64,000 nucleotides of DNA from Parasitella parasitica NRRL 2501 (Eukaryota > Fungi > Mucoromycota), in assembly GCA_025201805.1 (NCBI GenBank), contig MU619250.1, positions 1 through 64,000 of the forward strand, read 5' to 3'. Positions 1-13,138 of this stretch are shown here, piece after piece (position 1 is the stretch's first letter; each line of letters begins with the position of its first letter). The translations under genes were made by a program, and so were the position numbers. Under the pieces are notes generated by a model. That model saw nothing but the letters and a program-made list of their open reading frames with translations. It did not search any database and was not told the origin of the DNA.

Positions 1-443
1 GAATTTGGTTCATCTACATTTGAGCCAAGACAGTCTTTGTGGGCAATAATTAATACAATTGGTAAATAATTGAATCTTTCGTAAACAAGTATACAGTATT
101 GCATAATTTTCAGAATCAATACTTGATTAATTTCACTTTGAATAGTTACGACTATTGGTTTGAAACGTTCGTCGCTTTCATTCTGAGATTTGTATACTTT
201 AAAAAAACCTCCAGCCTCTGGCCATCCATTCCGATGCACCACATAGTTGCTTTTTGGAACGTGTGTACCTATAAGTAAAGTCATGTGTTATATAAGAGCA
301 GTGAGGTTTATAAGAAGGCTATGATGCATCATACCGACCAAAACTCGAACGATCAGATTTATTATTTCTTGTTCATTCAGTAAAAGCTGAGCTATAAGAT
401 CTGCGTTTGACTTCCATTTAAATGGTAGATTAGGAGTATCCAT
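1..443 (-). CDS. Hypothetical protein, 5' part (runs off window start); resembles a Mucorales-expanded family with PD-(D/E)xK/Rpn-like layout
   Basis: ATG at 443; exon 443-335 (MDTPNLPFKWKSNADLIAQLLLNEQEIINLIVRVLV), GT-AG intron 334-269, then a frame open to base 1 (GTHVPKSNYVVHRNGWPEAGGFFKVYKSQNESDERFKPIVVTIQSEINQVLILKIMQYCILVYERFNYLPIVLIIAHK...). Not in the ORF track. Family resemblance is from memory. Confidence 0.65.
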
Positions 444-1290
444 ACTCTCGTTTATTATCTATTAAGGAGTGAGTTTTTATGTACAATTTTTTTTTTTTTT
501 TTTTGGTTACGAATTTTCCTAGCGGGTCCGGCTCGGTACCCCGAGCATGGTGAATTTTTATTTACCTTTTTATGTACACCGACGCCGACACCGACAAAAA
601 AAATACGGGTCCTAATCCCTCAGAACGCTCGTATAACTCTAACCCTAAATTCCTAGTCTCTATTATGGCTCGGATCCTTTTTCCACTTTCATCGAATTGT
701 CCTCCTTTCAATCCCTTTTTTTCGACTTTCATCTTTCAGAGCTAAAACTTATCCAGAGATTCTTTCGCTCTATTGGCGATGCCGTATATTTAAAACGGCA
801 ATATTGAGTAAGAGTTGAAACGCTACACATTGTTGATTAAGGCATGTAATGCCATAACTGCTGAAATTCTATACAACTCCCCCCTCCCCCCCATGTTATA
901 AAAAAAACACCATTCTAATCGTTTTTAAGTCAAAAAATACATATCATTTTTAACTCAATTTGATTTAGCTTATTGTGACATTTCTTTATTTCAAAAGGAC
1001 AAAATTTCTAGACATATAGGGACAATCATTTTTGGCTTAATGCCATTAATTTTTTGGAAAGCGACATTTATTTTTTGGTTATGGACATTTGATTTTCTCA
1101 AAGTGGCAAAATTTACCGTTCTCACTGTAAATGCAGTAAAAACGGAAAGAAGCTGAGGAAATTTAAACCAATCATGTTTCCCGACTAGCCATCAGAGCAA
1201 TCCAACACTAACAACTAAACACTAACATGAATCAAGTCGTTTTTATTAATTAATAGTAAGAATAAGAGAGCGAAACTCTGTAATACTGTA

Positions 1291-2111
1291 CTACAAAGGT
1301 GAATGCATTCCAAGCTAAAAAGAGTAGATGGTGTGTCAGATACAGATTCTGTATAAATATTTCAGCTTACTTTTGTACTAAATTCCAGCTTTGATCGCTT
1401 TTGAAATCTTGTAAATTCCTTATTGTCATGCATTTTCACTAGTTCCTGAACTGGCATCAACACAACTGGCCAAGCAAAACCAAGGAAGTAGACAAACCAT
1501 GGTATTTTGGACAAATCGAAAGGTCCGTGAGCAAGTGAGACGGCGCAGAAACAGAATTGTAATATAACGCTACGAGATTTCATTGAATACCGACTTGAAA
1601 GCTTCTGATCTAGCATTTGTTCTTACCTTAAAAAGAAAGCCCCAATCCAAATCCGATTTCTAAATGGTATAAATTCAACAAGTGAGGATGTTCTATGCAG
1701 AAAAGATGGTGAAATGCAAGCTATGTATATCAAAGCATTTAGTAAATTCAAATTTTTTAGGTGCTGCAAACTTACCTAGGTACCATACGAACGAAAGCAG
1801 CATAAAGTTTTGAGCATAAGTCACGGCCCACTGCTCCTCAGTGGTCCAATGATACCAACCATTTGTGCCAAATTTGCCAAACGCATCTGTTATGTTTATG
1901 CCCAAAGAATAAATTAATGTCCTGCCAAAATTAGGTTAGAATTAAGATTTGTTGATTTAAATAATTCCCCGCTTCAGTATTACATTGCATAAATGGCCAC
2001 ACACATGGTAATAACCAAGATGAATCGTAGCACAAAATAGCACATGAACCGCCAAAAATCAGTGAGATGTTCAATATTTTTGCCTGTACATCGTTAGCAA
2101 ANNNNNNNNNN

Positions 2112-2144
<33 letters not shown>

Positions 2145-5100
2145 AAAACTAAAGCAGGACAAATATGATTATTACCAGGCATTAACAACATGATCCCATC
2201 TTCATGAGGTGTGAAGAGCATAGACATGGATAAAATAGGCAAAATAATCCACAAAACCCACAAAATCTGGTATCCGGCAAAGATAGGCGGCAATAACAAA
2301 CAGAAACTCAAAAGCAGCATAAATGACATTGACATACATCCAGCCACATAAAAAGCAAATCCCTAATAAAAGGATTATTAGTTAAAAATTACACTGTTTA
2401 GTACCAGAAAAAGCTTTACCATGCGAACGCAGGTTAATAGTCTTCTAGCATCACGTATAAGCTGTGTTACGGCATATAAACTTGTTTCGTATTGCATAAA
2501 CAACCCACATGGTAAACTACATAATGATGCTCCTACTGCCAAAGGTGGCTGACGATCGTTTGTCGATAAACGGCCTTTGTTTTGAGCACGAGTATGCATG
2601 GGCTCCATAGCAATGCTAACATCAGCCTGTAATCAACAATAAACCGTTATTAGTGTATACTCTGTAGATAACCAATTTCTTCAACACGTACGAGAGCAAA
2701 AGATTCGGTATTCTTGGTATTCAGCGCATTTCCAATACAGCAAACAACCTCCCCATTCTCCTGAAATATACGAATCATTTCTCTCATTGCTCGAGGCGTA
2801 CATTCTGCGAACAAAGATACGTGTAACGGGATATCATCTACGTCTTCTAAATGGGGGCGGATTTCGTCGATGCCGCGAGGCAATTGCGCTTTGATATCGT
2901 GTGTTTGTAGATATCCATTTCCACAATTTTCATCGTCAGGGTTTGATAGCAGAATGCAGCTGTTCCAATCTGTCTCCAGACCGAGTCTTTCAGCAAAAGC
3001 TATATCCGATATTAGTTCTAGGTACATCTAAAACCTGTACAGAGTGTTGTACCTTTTGATTCTCTTTCAGCAGTTGTTGAGAAATAAACAAAGCGAATTC
3101 CAGCAAGCCCTAAATCCTCAATGAAATCGACCACATTCTATCATATCAAGGCATTGTCAGTAGAGGCAATGGTTGCTTGAACGATCTACTCTTGCCTGCT
3201 TTGGTTGGTGACACATGGCTGTCATTCCCAAAAAAATCTGTCCCTTAACAACTTCTTTATAAAAAGTAGCCTCCTCTTGCTCATCTATCGGGTCGTCCTC
3301 TTCAAATGAATAATCACTAGAACCTGTATCGGATGAATCACTGCTGGAACTAATAGGTCTGCTATTTTTAGCTGAATTTTCAATGATGACTACGCTGTTG
3401 GAGCGCTGCTTGCCATTCTCTTGGTCGCCTGAAGATGAGGACGAAGCTGTCGAAGTTTCTGACGAAGAGTCACTGCTACTGTCAGAGCTGTCAGAATTTG
3501 GCGGTTTATAGGGCAGTACAATGAACGCACAGCCTGGGTCCTCATCTCCATCGTCTGAAGGATTTAAAAATGGGATACGGCCATCATTGACAGTGTTAAT
3601 GGGTCGATAAGCATAGGCAATACATTGCATGTCATGGACAAGAGCGTTCTGAAAGAAATCATTTATCTTCTTTTCCATCTACGTTCAAATGTAAGACAAA
3701 AGCAAGACAAACTAAGGAATAGTTGAATAGTTACCGTTTCACTCATGGTCTGGAGAGAGTTTCCATCCCAATAATCTGAGCATTTGTCCATCACCAACGA
3801 CGGATGCCCATCTGTAAGCAACTGATAGCTCTCTGTGAAAGACTTTAGCATATAATTGATGTATGATTTTTTTGCAGGACATTTTCTACTTACCTGATGA
3901 GCGCTCCTCAAACACAGTTGACAGAGCATTGGGCACTTCAAACTGATAATATTTGCTGTATTTATATCTTGGTGTATTCAGAATCTCATGATACGGGGCA
4001 AACGTGTAAATTTCTGCTCTTAGAGCAAATGATTGCAACGCTTCTTCTCTGAAACCTATGCATTTGCCAAGCCGACAAAGACAAGCTAGTAAAAGCAATT
4101 AGATTATGGTTGTTTTGAATACAACGGGACTAGCACATTACATTGTCTGGCGGGAGCTGTTTTACCGTATACATGCAGCTTGGACCGTCTACGATGGTAT
4201 TCAGATCGTTTACGACTTTGAACGACACCGCAATTGGTATTCAACATGAAATTCAAGCCCAAAGGCTTCAGGCATCTATGTCAAAGAAACAGTTAGATAC
4301 TGTATCACACTATATGAATCAGCTATCTGTACGGCAAGTATTGTTCCCAGTTTTGGTCTTCAAATTTTAATCCAGTTTCTTCGTCGGAATCCTCTTCTAC
4401 ATCAAGGTAAGTAATGTCCTCTTCGTTATTAGGAAACATCAGTTGTTCTACTGTAGGAAAAGGCTGTGATATTCACACACAAGTGTCAGTAAATTTTTCC
4501 ATACGCAATCAATTATGCAGCGTACGTTGGCAATAGTTCCCTCTCTGTCTAGACAGCAAATAACAGTGGTACTCCCCAATGATTCCAGCAAATTTGTCGA
4601 TCTAGTCAAAGATAGCCGATCCCACTTGGTCAACAAGGATAAGAATCTATCCCAGACCGCGTCTAATCAACACAAGTTAGAAGATGCATGTAAAAGTGCA
4701 CTGAAGAATTACTTGGGCTCAACTCAAGATCTTTTGTTGGTGGTGGAGCTTCTGCGTCGAATTCGTCCACTTCGTCATCATCCTCGTACTCTGTCTTTGA
4801 GATTTGAAGGGCCTCAAACAGAATAAGCAATTGGGCATTGCCAAAACTACGAGCAATGATCCACATGCTGGGGATACACAACGGCAGCAATGGAATAATA
4901 GCGTAAATCGACATGGTGAATACTTCTTCGATGAGCTGGTCAGCAGGAAAGCGGTTAATCATGGTGCTTCGGACGCCATATCTCAAGAAATTCACCAATA
5001 GTGCAATGCCCAAAACGACCCAAATGATATATTTATAAAAGACTCGAATAATAACATGGCTTTCGTTATGCATTACTGTATTGGGCCGCTTTTGGTTCAG

Positions 5101-7095
5101 GGCTCTTCGCATGTTCTTTTCCAAAGGAGATTCCAGCAAAATAAACTGATGGCGACCTCTCGAACGCATGTATTCTTCCATCAAGCCTGAAGGTGGTGGA
5201 ATACCAAAGAAGGACGGCTTAAATGACTGATCTTTTGCAATGTAATACTCCTTTGTATTCAAAGGAGGTTCTAGAGAGTTATCGCTGGTTTTGCTGTTGC
5301 CACTGTTTGTACTGTGCCTTTTTCTCTGCTTTGCATCTGCTTCGTCATTCCCATCATCTTTGGCGTCATGTACACTAGATGCTGGCATAGTCTTGTGGAT
5401 ATACTTCATTCTTCCAGGCGCGATATCGCCATACAGCATTTCGACGATATCTCCTTCTACCATCAAGTTGACAGGAAAGATTCGAACCACACCATCTCGA
5501 ACGACCTTTGCAACGGACATGGACGGTATAAATGGGATTTTGGTGTCCTGGACCATGTTCATGCCACTTCTTTCTAATGCGCCAATAATGGTCGAAGCGC
5601 GATCTGTCATCTCTCGGTATGCTAATACCTGTTCTCTGTAAAATATGTATCCATTCCAAGCTGTAATTGATAGCAGCAATAAGGCCTCGACTAGCAAGCC
5701 AGTGATCCGGAATTGATATGGTTCACTCTTGAGATATCCTGCAATGTAAAACGCCAGTAATCCGATACCGCTCAGTCCACTTAGAATCATGGCAGGGTTC
5801 AATAAGACAGCGCGGGAGTCTTTGCAACTGTGTTTAGACGGCTGAAAAATTGATGTGCCCAGTCAACTTACCGATTGTCTTGTCGATGCGAGCTCGTTCC
5901 TCTGCTATGATGCTGTTAGCAAGATAGAGTAATTTGCTAGAACATCAAAGTTTAGTTGGGACTCTCGGGCAAAACGGCCGTTGGTATACCTTAATGCTTC
6001 TTCACTGGACAATCCAGGATGTCTGCTTGACTGCAAACTCTCTCTTCGACTCCACGATTGTGATTGTAAATTCGTCTGCAGCACTCGCTGGGTTCGCTTA
6101 TGTAGTCGTCGAGGAATTGATCTTCTGCGAAAACCGACATCATGATTATGCCTTCGATAGTTCCGTTCGTTATGTCGCATCATCCTCTCACGATCTCGCC
6201 GAGGCATCTCATCTACTAAATCGTCGTCTTCTTCAGTGTATACTGTAACCATTGCTTTACTATTAGCTAATTGATCTTTTCTGTTGCCATTTCTCGCTAA
6301 TCCTGTCGAAGATTTGCCGTTGCGATGATGGTGTTTATGGTGCCGACGTCTAGCAGTGCGGTTCAAGTGGTTTATACGACCATTCAAGTCTGCACCCATA
6401 TGGTCATTTTTTACCCGATTGTTTGAATTGTGCCTTGAAAGTGAGTTTCGGTCCTCCTCATCTTCGTCATCGAGATCATCATCTCCATCGTTTTCGGCGG
6501 CTGATATGTCTGTGTCTTGTTGGCTATGTAGAGAACAGGATTCCATCATGTGTAAATGCGAAGAGCCATGTTCAGTATGCAATGAATTTAATAAGCGGCG
6601 TTGATGGTTACTGACTGAGTCAGTATCAGATTCTCTTCGAATGGGCGTATAACAAAATGCATAATCGCTTTCAGATTCATCATCGCCAGACCTTAAAAGA
6701 TGGGCGGCACCATTTTTTTCAAGACGGCGTGGAATAGAGCTTCCATGGTCTATTACAACTTGCGCTGATACACTAGAGCTAGAAGAATCAGTGCTGCTTT
6801 TGGATGAATGGCTGGAAACACTGATATTATCGTTATTCTCGTCTTCCGCTTCATTGTCTATTCCCTTTTTGCGCTTATTTCTTTTTGATTTGGCTTTTGC
6901 TGATGCTTCTGGTTCAACATTAACAGGCTCAGTCTCGCTGGCCACATCCAGTAAGAAAAACGTAGTGCCTTCCTCGTCCTGTACAGGTTCTGGCAGGGCA
7001 TTCAAGGGTGATTCTGAATTGAAAGAGGCGGCAGAGTTGTGTGATGTCTCTGATATGGACCGCTTCAGCTCATCATTCTCTTTATTTTCAGACAT
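1291..7095 (-). CDS. TMEM94: TMEM94/KIAA0195 (ERMA)-like atypical P-type ATPase-family membrane protein, multi-exon
   Basis: Spliced segments match TMEM94 hallmarks: LLESLGSTTVICCLDREGT (P-domain), GQIFLGM...NVVDFIEDLGLAGIRFVYFS, AFAERLGLETDWNSCILL, AQLPRGIDEIRPHLEDVDDIPLHVSLFAECTP, GEVVCCIG, and C-terminus KRSKLEFSTK|LGMHSPL* (intron 1315-1370, TAG at 1291-1293). First ATG at 7095 precedes a long low-complexity N-terminus. Not every exon boundary is resolved. Confidence 0.88.
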
Positions 7096-7744
7096 GAACG
7101 CTGACAATAACGGAAAATTTAATGTATATAATGTGATGTAATATGCGCTTTAGAAGACAAGGATTCTCTTTTTCTTGTTTTTTGCAATGATGAAAGTAGC
7201 CAAAGAAGAATGGCTTTTACATAGTCACGAAACGCTTGATTCCTCGCATTACTATCAGATGGCTATATTCAAAGGATTTTCATGGCATGCTTTAATCAAA
7301 GGAACGAGCCATGAAATAATTATCCATGTTATTCAACGTGTTAAATTTAGAAATTCACTTTTTATTGTTGATATAATCAAGTAGTAGGGGCATAGTTCTG
7401 AAAGGGTAAGAATGCCCATATGTGGTCGAGAGAGTCTTAAATTTAAGACACTGTGCAATATGACTTCAAGACCAGTTAGTTTATTTACATCTACATCCTC
7501 TTAAGGAGTTATTTCCTTGTCTCCTCTCTTTATTTTCCATGTATATTGTCTTCTCAAATATCTCTCTTCTTTCGATTTCTTTATTATTGTTTTGATTTCA
7601 TTGTTGGTTTAGTTTCGTTTCACCTGGTTTCCTTTCTCGTGACGGCCTGATTACAATTCAATCAATTTAAATTAACCTATTTAAAAGGTGAAATTTGTGT
7701 CCCCGGCAATCAAAGAAGGCTTTTTCTGCAACAACTTACTTTAA

Positions 7745-9907
7745 ATGAATGGGGACAGTTCAGAAGAATCATCAGAATATGATTTATATGCAGCGTTAAT
7801 GCTGTCTAACATGCTTGATACTGACCAAGTCATTTGTGAAAACAAGGAGGAGCCATCCCCTACATTGCAAGAAGAGACAAATCATGATGTTATATGGTAA
7901 GCCGCACTACAATCAACCACAGCGAATCTGAACTAACAGAGCATGCAAAGGGTTCCTGCTGATAAACATCCAGAAATAGCTCCAGACGAGTTTACTAACT
8001 TTATCAAGACGCATGGTGCAAATACACCCACCCGAAGAGCGTCAAGTCTGCGTCGCCGAAAGTCATTTTTGTCTCAATCGCTCTCTCACGATGATGCTGA
8101 TGATGAAGAGGAGGAGGAGGAAGAGGAGGCCAAATTGAGCCGTACATTGTCAGAGAAAAAGCGCATGTTTTTACAAAAGGTCATGGCCGAGAATCAACAA
8201 TTAAAAGGTAATTTGTGCGCTGGGGAAATGTTATTAGCGCAAAATGATAACCCAAATTTAGACTTGACTGTAAAGCCCCAAATATTCGATCGTAATTCTA
8301 CCGCAAATGATGATTCTCGTATTATTGCTCCCAGAGCAGATAAGTCATTGCTTCGACGATCTGCTTTTTCTGCTCGAGGTCGAAGCAGGAAAGCAAACGG
8401 TTCAATGGATGACAGACAACAGGCGATGAAAAGGCGCTCTGTCTCTCAACGAAAATTATCTTGCTCCTCTTCTCTGAACGAGGACATTGCTTCTGTACAA
8501 TCAATATCTACAAAACGTTCCTGGGATAAGGCGGAAGGCGTCAGTTTATTTGATCAACCAGTCAACATGAGTGAATGGATTGATTTAGGCAGCGCGAGCC
8601 TTGAGTCGGACGATTCCCAGAGGGGCATCCTTTCACGTGTGCATGACGCGGAGTCGCAACTATTGTCTCATCAAAATAGTAACGATGACAACGAGTATTT
8701 GCAAAATAAACAGACAGAAGAAACAAAGCAGGAAGATGTCGCCAATGAAGAGCCACCGCCATCAGTACAGTCACCTGAAAAAAAAGAAGATAAAAGTTTA
8801 GTAGAAGGCCATCATGTTGATACAAAGGAAAGTGTTAAAGACGTGCAAGCACCAGCTGCACCATCTGCCGGTATTGCATCAAAACCAAAACTAGCATCAT
8901 TGAAGCGCCCTAGTATGATTCGCTCCGAGACCGAAATAAACAAGATCCCAACAACAACAACAACAACAGTTACGGCTAAATCTGAGAAACGTACATCATG
9001 GTTGAGTGGACTGTTTAATGATAAAAAGGTTGGTAAAAACGCTAGCAAGAAGGACTCCGTGTCTGCAGCAATGATCAGCAATTCTACTTCATCGCCCATA
9101 TCTGGACTAGCGTCTTTATTCAGTCGATCTTTATCCATGAAATCAGCATCTCAAACTGGGAAAATCAAGTCAAAGAGTAAGATCAGCAATACCAACACTC
9201 CAAATACAATTACAATTACATCTACCACTACTTCTAATAATAATAACACTAGTACTAATACACATAATCTTGAGGCAACCAAGTCGATTCCATCTACCAT
9301 TATCGCAAACAATACCTTACTCAACAACAAAAAGAAACGATCCAGCAGACTGGAAATCCCGCCCCCTTCCGAGCGCACCTTTTTCAATTCAAACCGACTA
9401 CCTTTGCATGTCGAAAGAGCTATTTACCGTTTATCACACATGAAGCTGGCAGATCCTCGAAGGCCTTTACAGCAACAAGTGCTGATATCCAATTTGATGT
9501 TTTGGTATCTTTCAATTCAGCAAAATGACTTTCAACATGCTGCTGAACAACGGATTGAAACGGAATCTCCTCCAGCGCCTGACACGCAGCAAAAGAAGGG
9601 TGGGAAAATGAGTCGATTGATCCTTTCCGCTAAGAAACGACGAAATGAAGTGGCTCAGTTTGTACAAGCGTATCCGTTATCAGGGTCGCATCATGATATA
9701 TCCACTTCTTCTTTATCTGCTTCGTCAATGACATCTTCGTCATCTTCAATAACGTCGTCAACATCAAACAGCAGTATGACAAGGCCGTTCTTGAAGCAGA
9801 ATAATGTACAATTTAGTTTACCACCAATACCAACACATCAACATCTTATGCATGTCGATAAAGAAGAAGAGGAGGATGATTTACCCTTGAGTCATTACAA
9901 AAGCTGA
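7745..9907 (+). CDS. ZDS1: Zds1/Zds2-like protein (Zds_C domain; PP2A-Cdc55 regulator)
   Basis: ATG at 7745; one intron joins ...HDVIW|VPADKHPEIAPDEF (conserved N-terminal WVPAxxHPE motif). Zds_C motif RLPLHVERAIYRLSHMKLADPRRPLQQQVLISNLMFWYL near the C-terminus; Ser/Thr/Asn-rich linkers. Confidence 0.85.
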
Positions 9908-10379
9908 ATAAACAATGTTTTTGGTTGTGTACAGGAATCGACAACGGTAAAAGCTCAAGTACATGAATATACAATGCAAAATGATGTTATGGATGGTCAT
10001 CTTTGTTTGATCTACGCAATGCTATAATAGTCTCCGTTTAAAACCAAAAATATACATGTAAATACTGGCATTTCTTCACGATGGATTTCATTGTCGGTTT
10101 ATCTATAATGCCAATCTTTTCACATGTCCATCCACTGCATTTCCAGGCATTTGAGCTCCGAATATTCCAAAATACACACTGTTTTACAGAAGGGAAATCT
10201 AGAATAAGCACATGGTAGAAAGAACAATATGAATGTAATACGGAAGTCAAAAAAATAACAAACCCCCTCTTCCCCAAAATGTACAATCTCTCTGTAACTC
10301 CTATTAATATTTCAACCTGTTTCTTTTGCTTCCTTTTTTTCTTTCTTCTTCTTTTTCTTTTTCTTTTTCTTTACACAAA

Positions 10380-11960
10380 ATGGGAAATAATGTATCGTCT
10401 AAAAACGGGTTAAAGAAAGACAAAAGAGCGAAAAAGAGCAGGAGCATGCCTCTACCCCCACGTATCGAACTTGAAAATGAACATTCAACTAATACAGCCC
10501 ACTCTGTCAGCTCGATTCTATTAACATCCAAAAATAACAACAATAATACCATCGACAGCCGTAATAGCAACAACAATGTAGAGAATAGCAATAATACCTT
10601 GGCTCAATTGAATCCAGATTACCCACTTCCTAGTAATAACGAAGACACTTTACCCAGAGGAACTGACCCATTTCAAGGCAAGGTCGAGAATCCTCAGCAA
10701 CATAAGTTACTCGCAACTTCTGATTTTTGGCCCCCTCAGCAGTCAGCCGGAACAGCGCAGCCTTTTCAAGGCCAAATCGACGATGCAAATCAGCTCACAG
10801 TTGGATCTATGAATCAACTGACAGTAAACTCCATGTCATCCGAGTATTCATCAACCACCAACATTGATGAATACATCCACCGCCTCTTAGAAGCAGGCTA
10901 TGCAAGCAAAGTATCCAAGCAACTATGTTTGAAACCATCTGAAGTGACAGCAATTTGTAGAGCTGCCATGGATATATTTTTAAGCCAACCTGTAATGTGT
11001 GCGTATGTTTGATATTTTTAGCATGTAAAAATTAAACTTTTGTATTCTAGTCTCTATTAGAACTCTCTCCACCTGTCAAGATAGTAGGTGATACCCACGG
11101 CCAATTCACTGACTTGATTAGACTGTTCGAAATGGGTGGTTTTCCACCCAGCTCCAATTACCTGTTCTTGGGTGACTATGTCGACAGAGGAAAACAAAGT
11201 CTCGAAAATATGCTGTTGCTCTTTTGTTACAAGATCAAGTTCCCGGAGAATTTCTTCCTGTTGCGTGGAAACCACGAGAGCGCTAATGTGACAAAAGGTA
11301 CATTTGGTCTATTTTATCGTGCCAGACATCTAATTCGGTATTTGCAGTTTACGGTTTCTATGACGAATGTAAACGTAGACTTAGTCCAAAGATGTGGCGG
11401 ACCTTTGTTGATGTGTTTAATACCCTGCCTATTGCTGGTTTAGTTGCTGGTAAGATTTTTTGTGTCCATGGTGGCCTCAGTCCTTCATTGAACAGTATGG
11501 ATGATATTCGCAATATACAAAGGCCTACGGATGTACCTGATTATGGCCTATTGAATGATTTGTTGTGGTCTGATCCTGCTGACATCGAAACGGATTGGGA
11601 AGATAATGAAAGAGGAGTATCCTATGTTTTTGGTAAAAGGGTGATCAATGAATTCCTGTCTAAATTTGATCTAGACCTCGTCTGTCGAGCACACATGGTA
11701 AGCATTTTGACAACATCTGGAAATCTTTTTGTATTTATTTTTTTTTGTCGTATCAGGTGGTAGAAGATGGATACGAGTTCTTTTCAAACAGATCTCTTGT
11801 CACTGTATTCTCAGCTCCTAATTACTGTGGAGAATTTGACAATTTTGGAGCCATCATGAGTGTTAACGAAGAACTATTATGCAGCTTTGAACTTCTTACG
11901 CCAGCAGACCATCCCTTGGCCAAGGAAAGACTCAAACAAAGTAAAAACAGCAAACGTTGA
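10380..11960 (+). CDS. PPZ1: Ser/Thr protein phosphatase PP-Z (PP1-like, fungal), 4 exons
   Basis: MGNNVSSK myristoylation-type start and Asn/Ser-rich N-terminal extension. PPP motifs [57 protein letters not shown]. The RAHMVV and [14 protein letters not shown] segments are PPZ-type. Confidence 0.88.
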
Positions 11961-12563
11961 GCATATACTTTTTTTTTTTTTTTTGTTTACATGTGTGTGT
12001 ATAATATATCATTGTTACATTGCTTTTTGCCAAGGAATCGAGCCGTAATTAATTGAATGCCTAGATCATATTAGACGAAAAAGTAATAAACAAATTTAGT
12101 TTATAATCTAATACGCATATACGATGCCCAAACAATAATGCAATATGAAACTATTATTTACTCATTATCCTCACAAAAATACAATTCACTAAATGGCATT
12201 ATCGTTCAACTACTTGGATTTTAAACATGAACTTGTTGAATGTAATGGGAGTGCTATTTATCTAATTTAGGAAATTGCAACGGTGTCGATTGTTTCCAAC
12301 TAGAACAGCATACTTTTTCTTGTGATACAAGATCTGAGTGTTTAGTAGCACTAGTTACTGTTACAATAAATTTGACATGACGCAGACATCCAGAACAAGG
12401 TAGTTTGCAAGGTGTACCTGAATTAAAAATTTGTCTTCTTGGCACTATTTACGTGATCAATGTAAAGAAATCTGTTACTATTATAGTATCTTATTGACCG
12501 TTTTCTTTTAATCCAACTACTTTTGCAATTTATAAACATAAACAGCAAAAATGGACATTTTTA

Positions 12564-13138
12564 TTATGGACGAATGTTAACTTTAACTTCATTGCTGACT
12601 GGCCCTTCTGTATCGCCATCGTAACCAGAAGACGGGGTTGGCATATCTTCTCTTCTAATAGCATTAACGATACGTGAAGTTGCATGAGTAATGATGGGCA
12701 ACGGAACGCGAAAATCTGCCGATGCTGTTGTTGGAGCATTGCTATCCGTGCTACTATTTCCACTGCTCATTCTGTGATGATATTTCTCAGCAATCGTGCT
12801 ACTTGTTTTCCTGTAGTTCATCAAAGATTTTTTGAACTGATGTCGTTCCTGAAATAACTTTCTCAACTCTTCTTTGTGTTTCTGTTCTTCTTCGTCGTCG
12901 AGCTCGTCGTCTTCATCGCCTCCCGATGCCATAGAGGAAGCTGATGCCTCCATACCTGACTCATAATCTTCACTGAAAGTATTTCGAAGAGGAGAAAGAG
13001 ATGCGTAGTTCGCGCTTAAAGATCTGTCCACCATATCAAAGTAGCCCACTAACAAGGGAGAAAAAATGATCTACAGAAGAAAAGAGAACCTTTTTTTTCA
13101 AGCCTGCATCAAAGAGCGTATATCTTACTTCCAATCAT
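12564..13138 (-). CDS. Hypothetical protein with acidic tract and short coiled-coil; termini uncertain
   Basis: 163-codon open frame (GYFDMVDRSLSANY...DEDDELDDEEEQKHKEELRKLFQERHQFKK...) with an acceptor at ~13050. A short upstream exon ATGATTGGAA|GTAAG at 13138-13129 fits the phase. The 3' end may be spliced further. Confidence 0.55.

Noticed and set aside
639-648. Telomere-like CTAACCCTAA
   Set aside because: Fewer than two units, so not a telomeric tract.
4143-7141. Numerous plus-strand ORFs opposite the TMEM94-like gene, and similar antisense ORFs over ZDS1, ENA, DAL2, PTR2 and the forkhead gene
   Set aside because: No motifs, mostly non-ATG starts, and compositions that mirror the sense-strand low-complexity codons.
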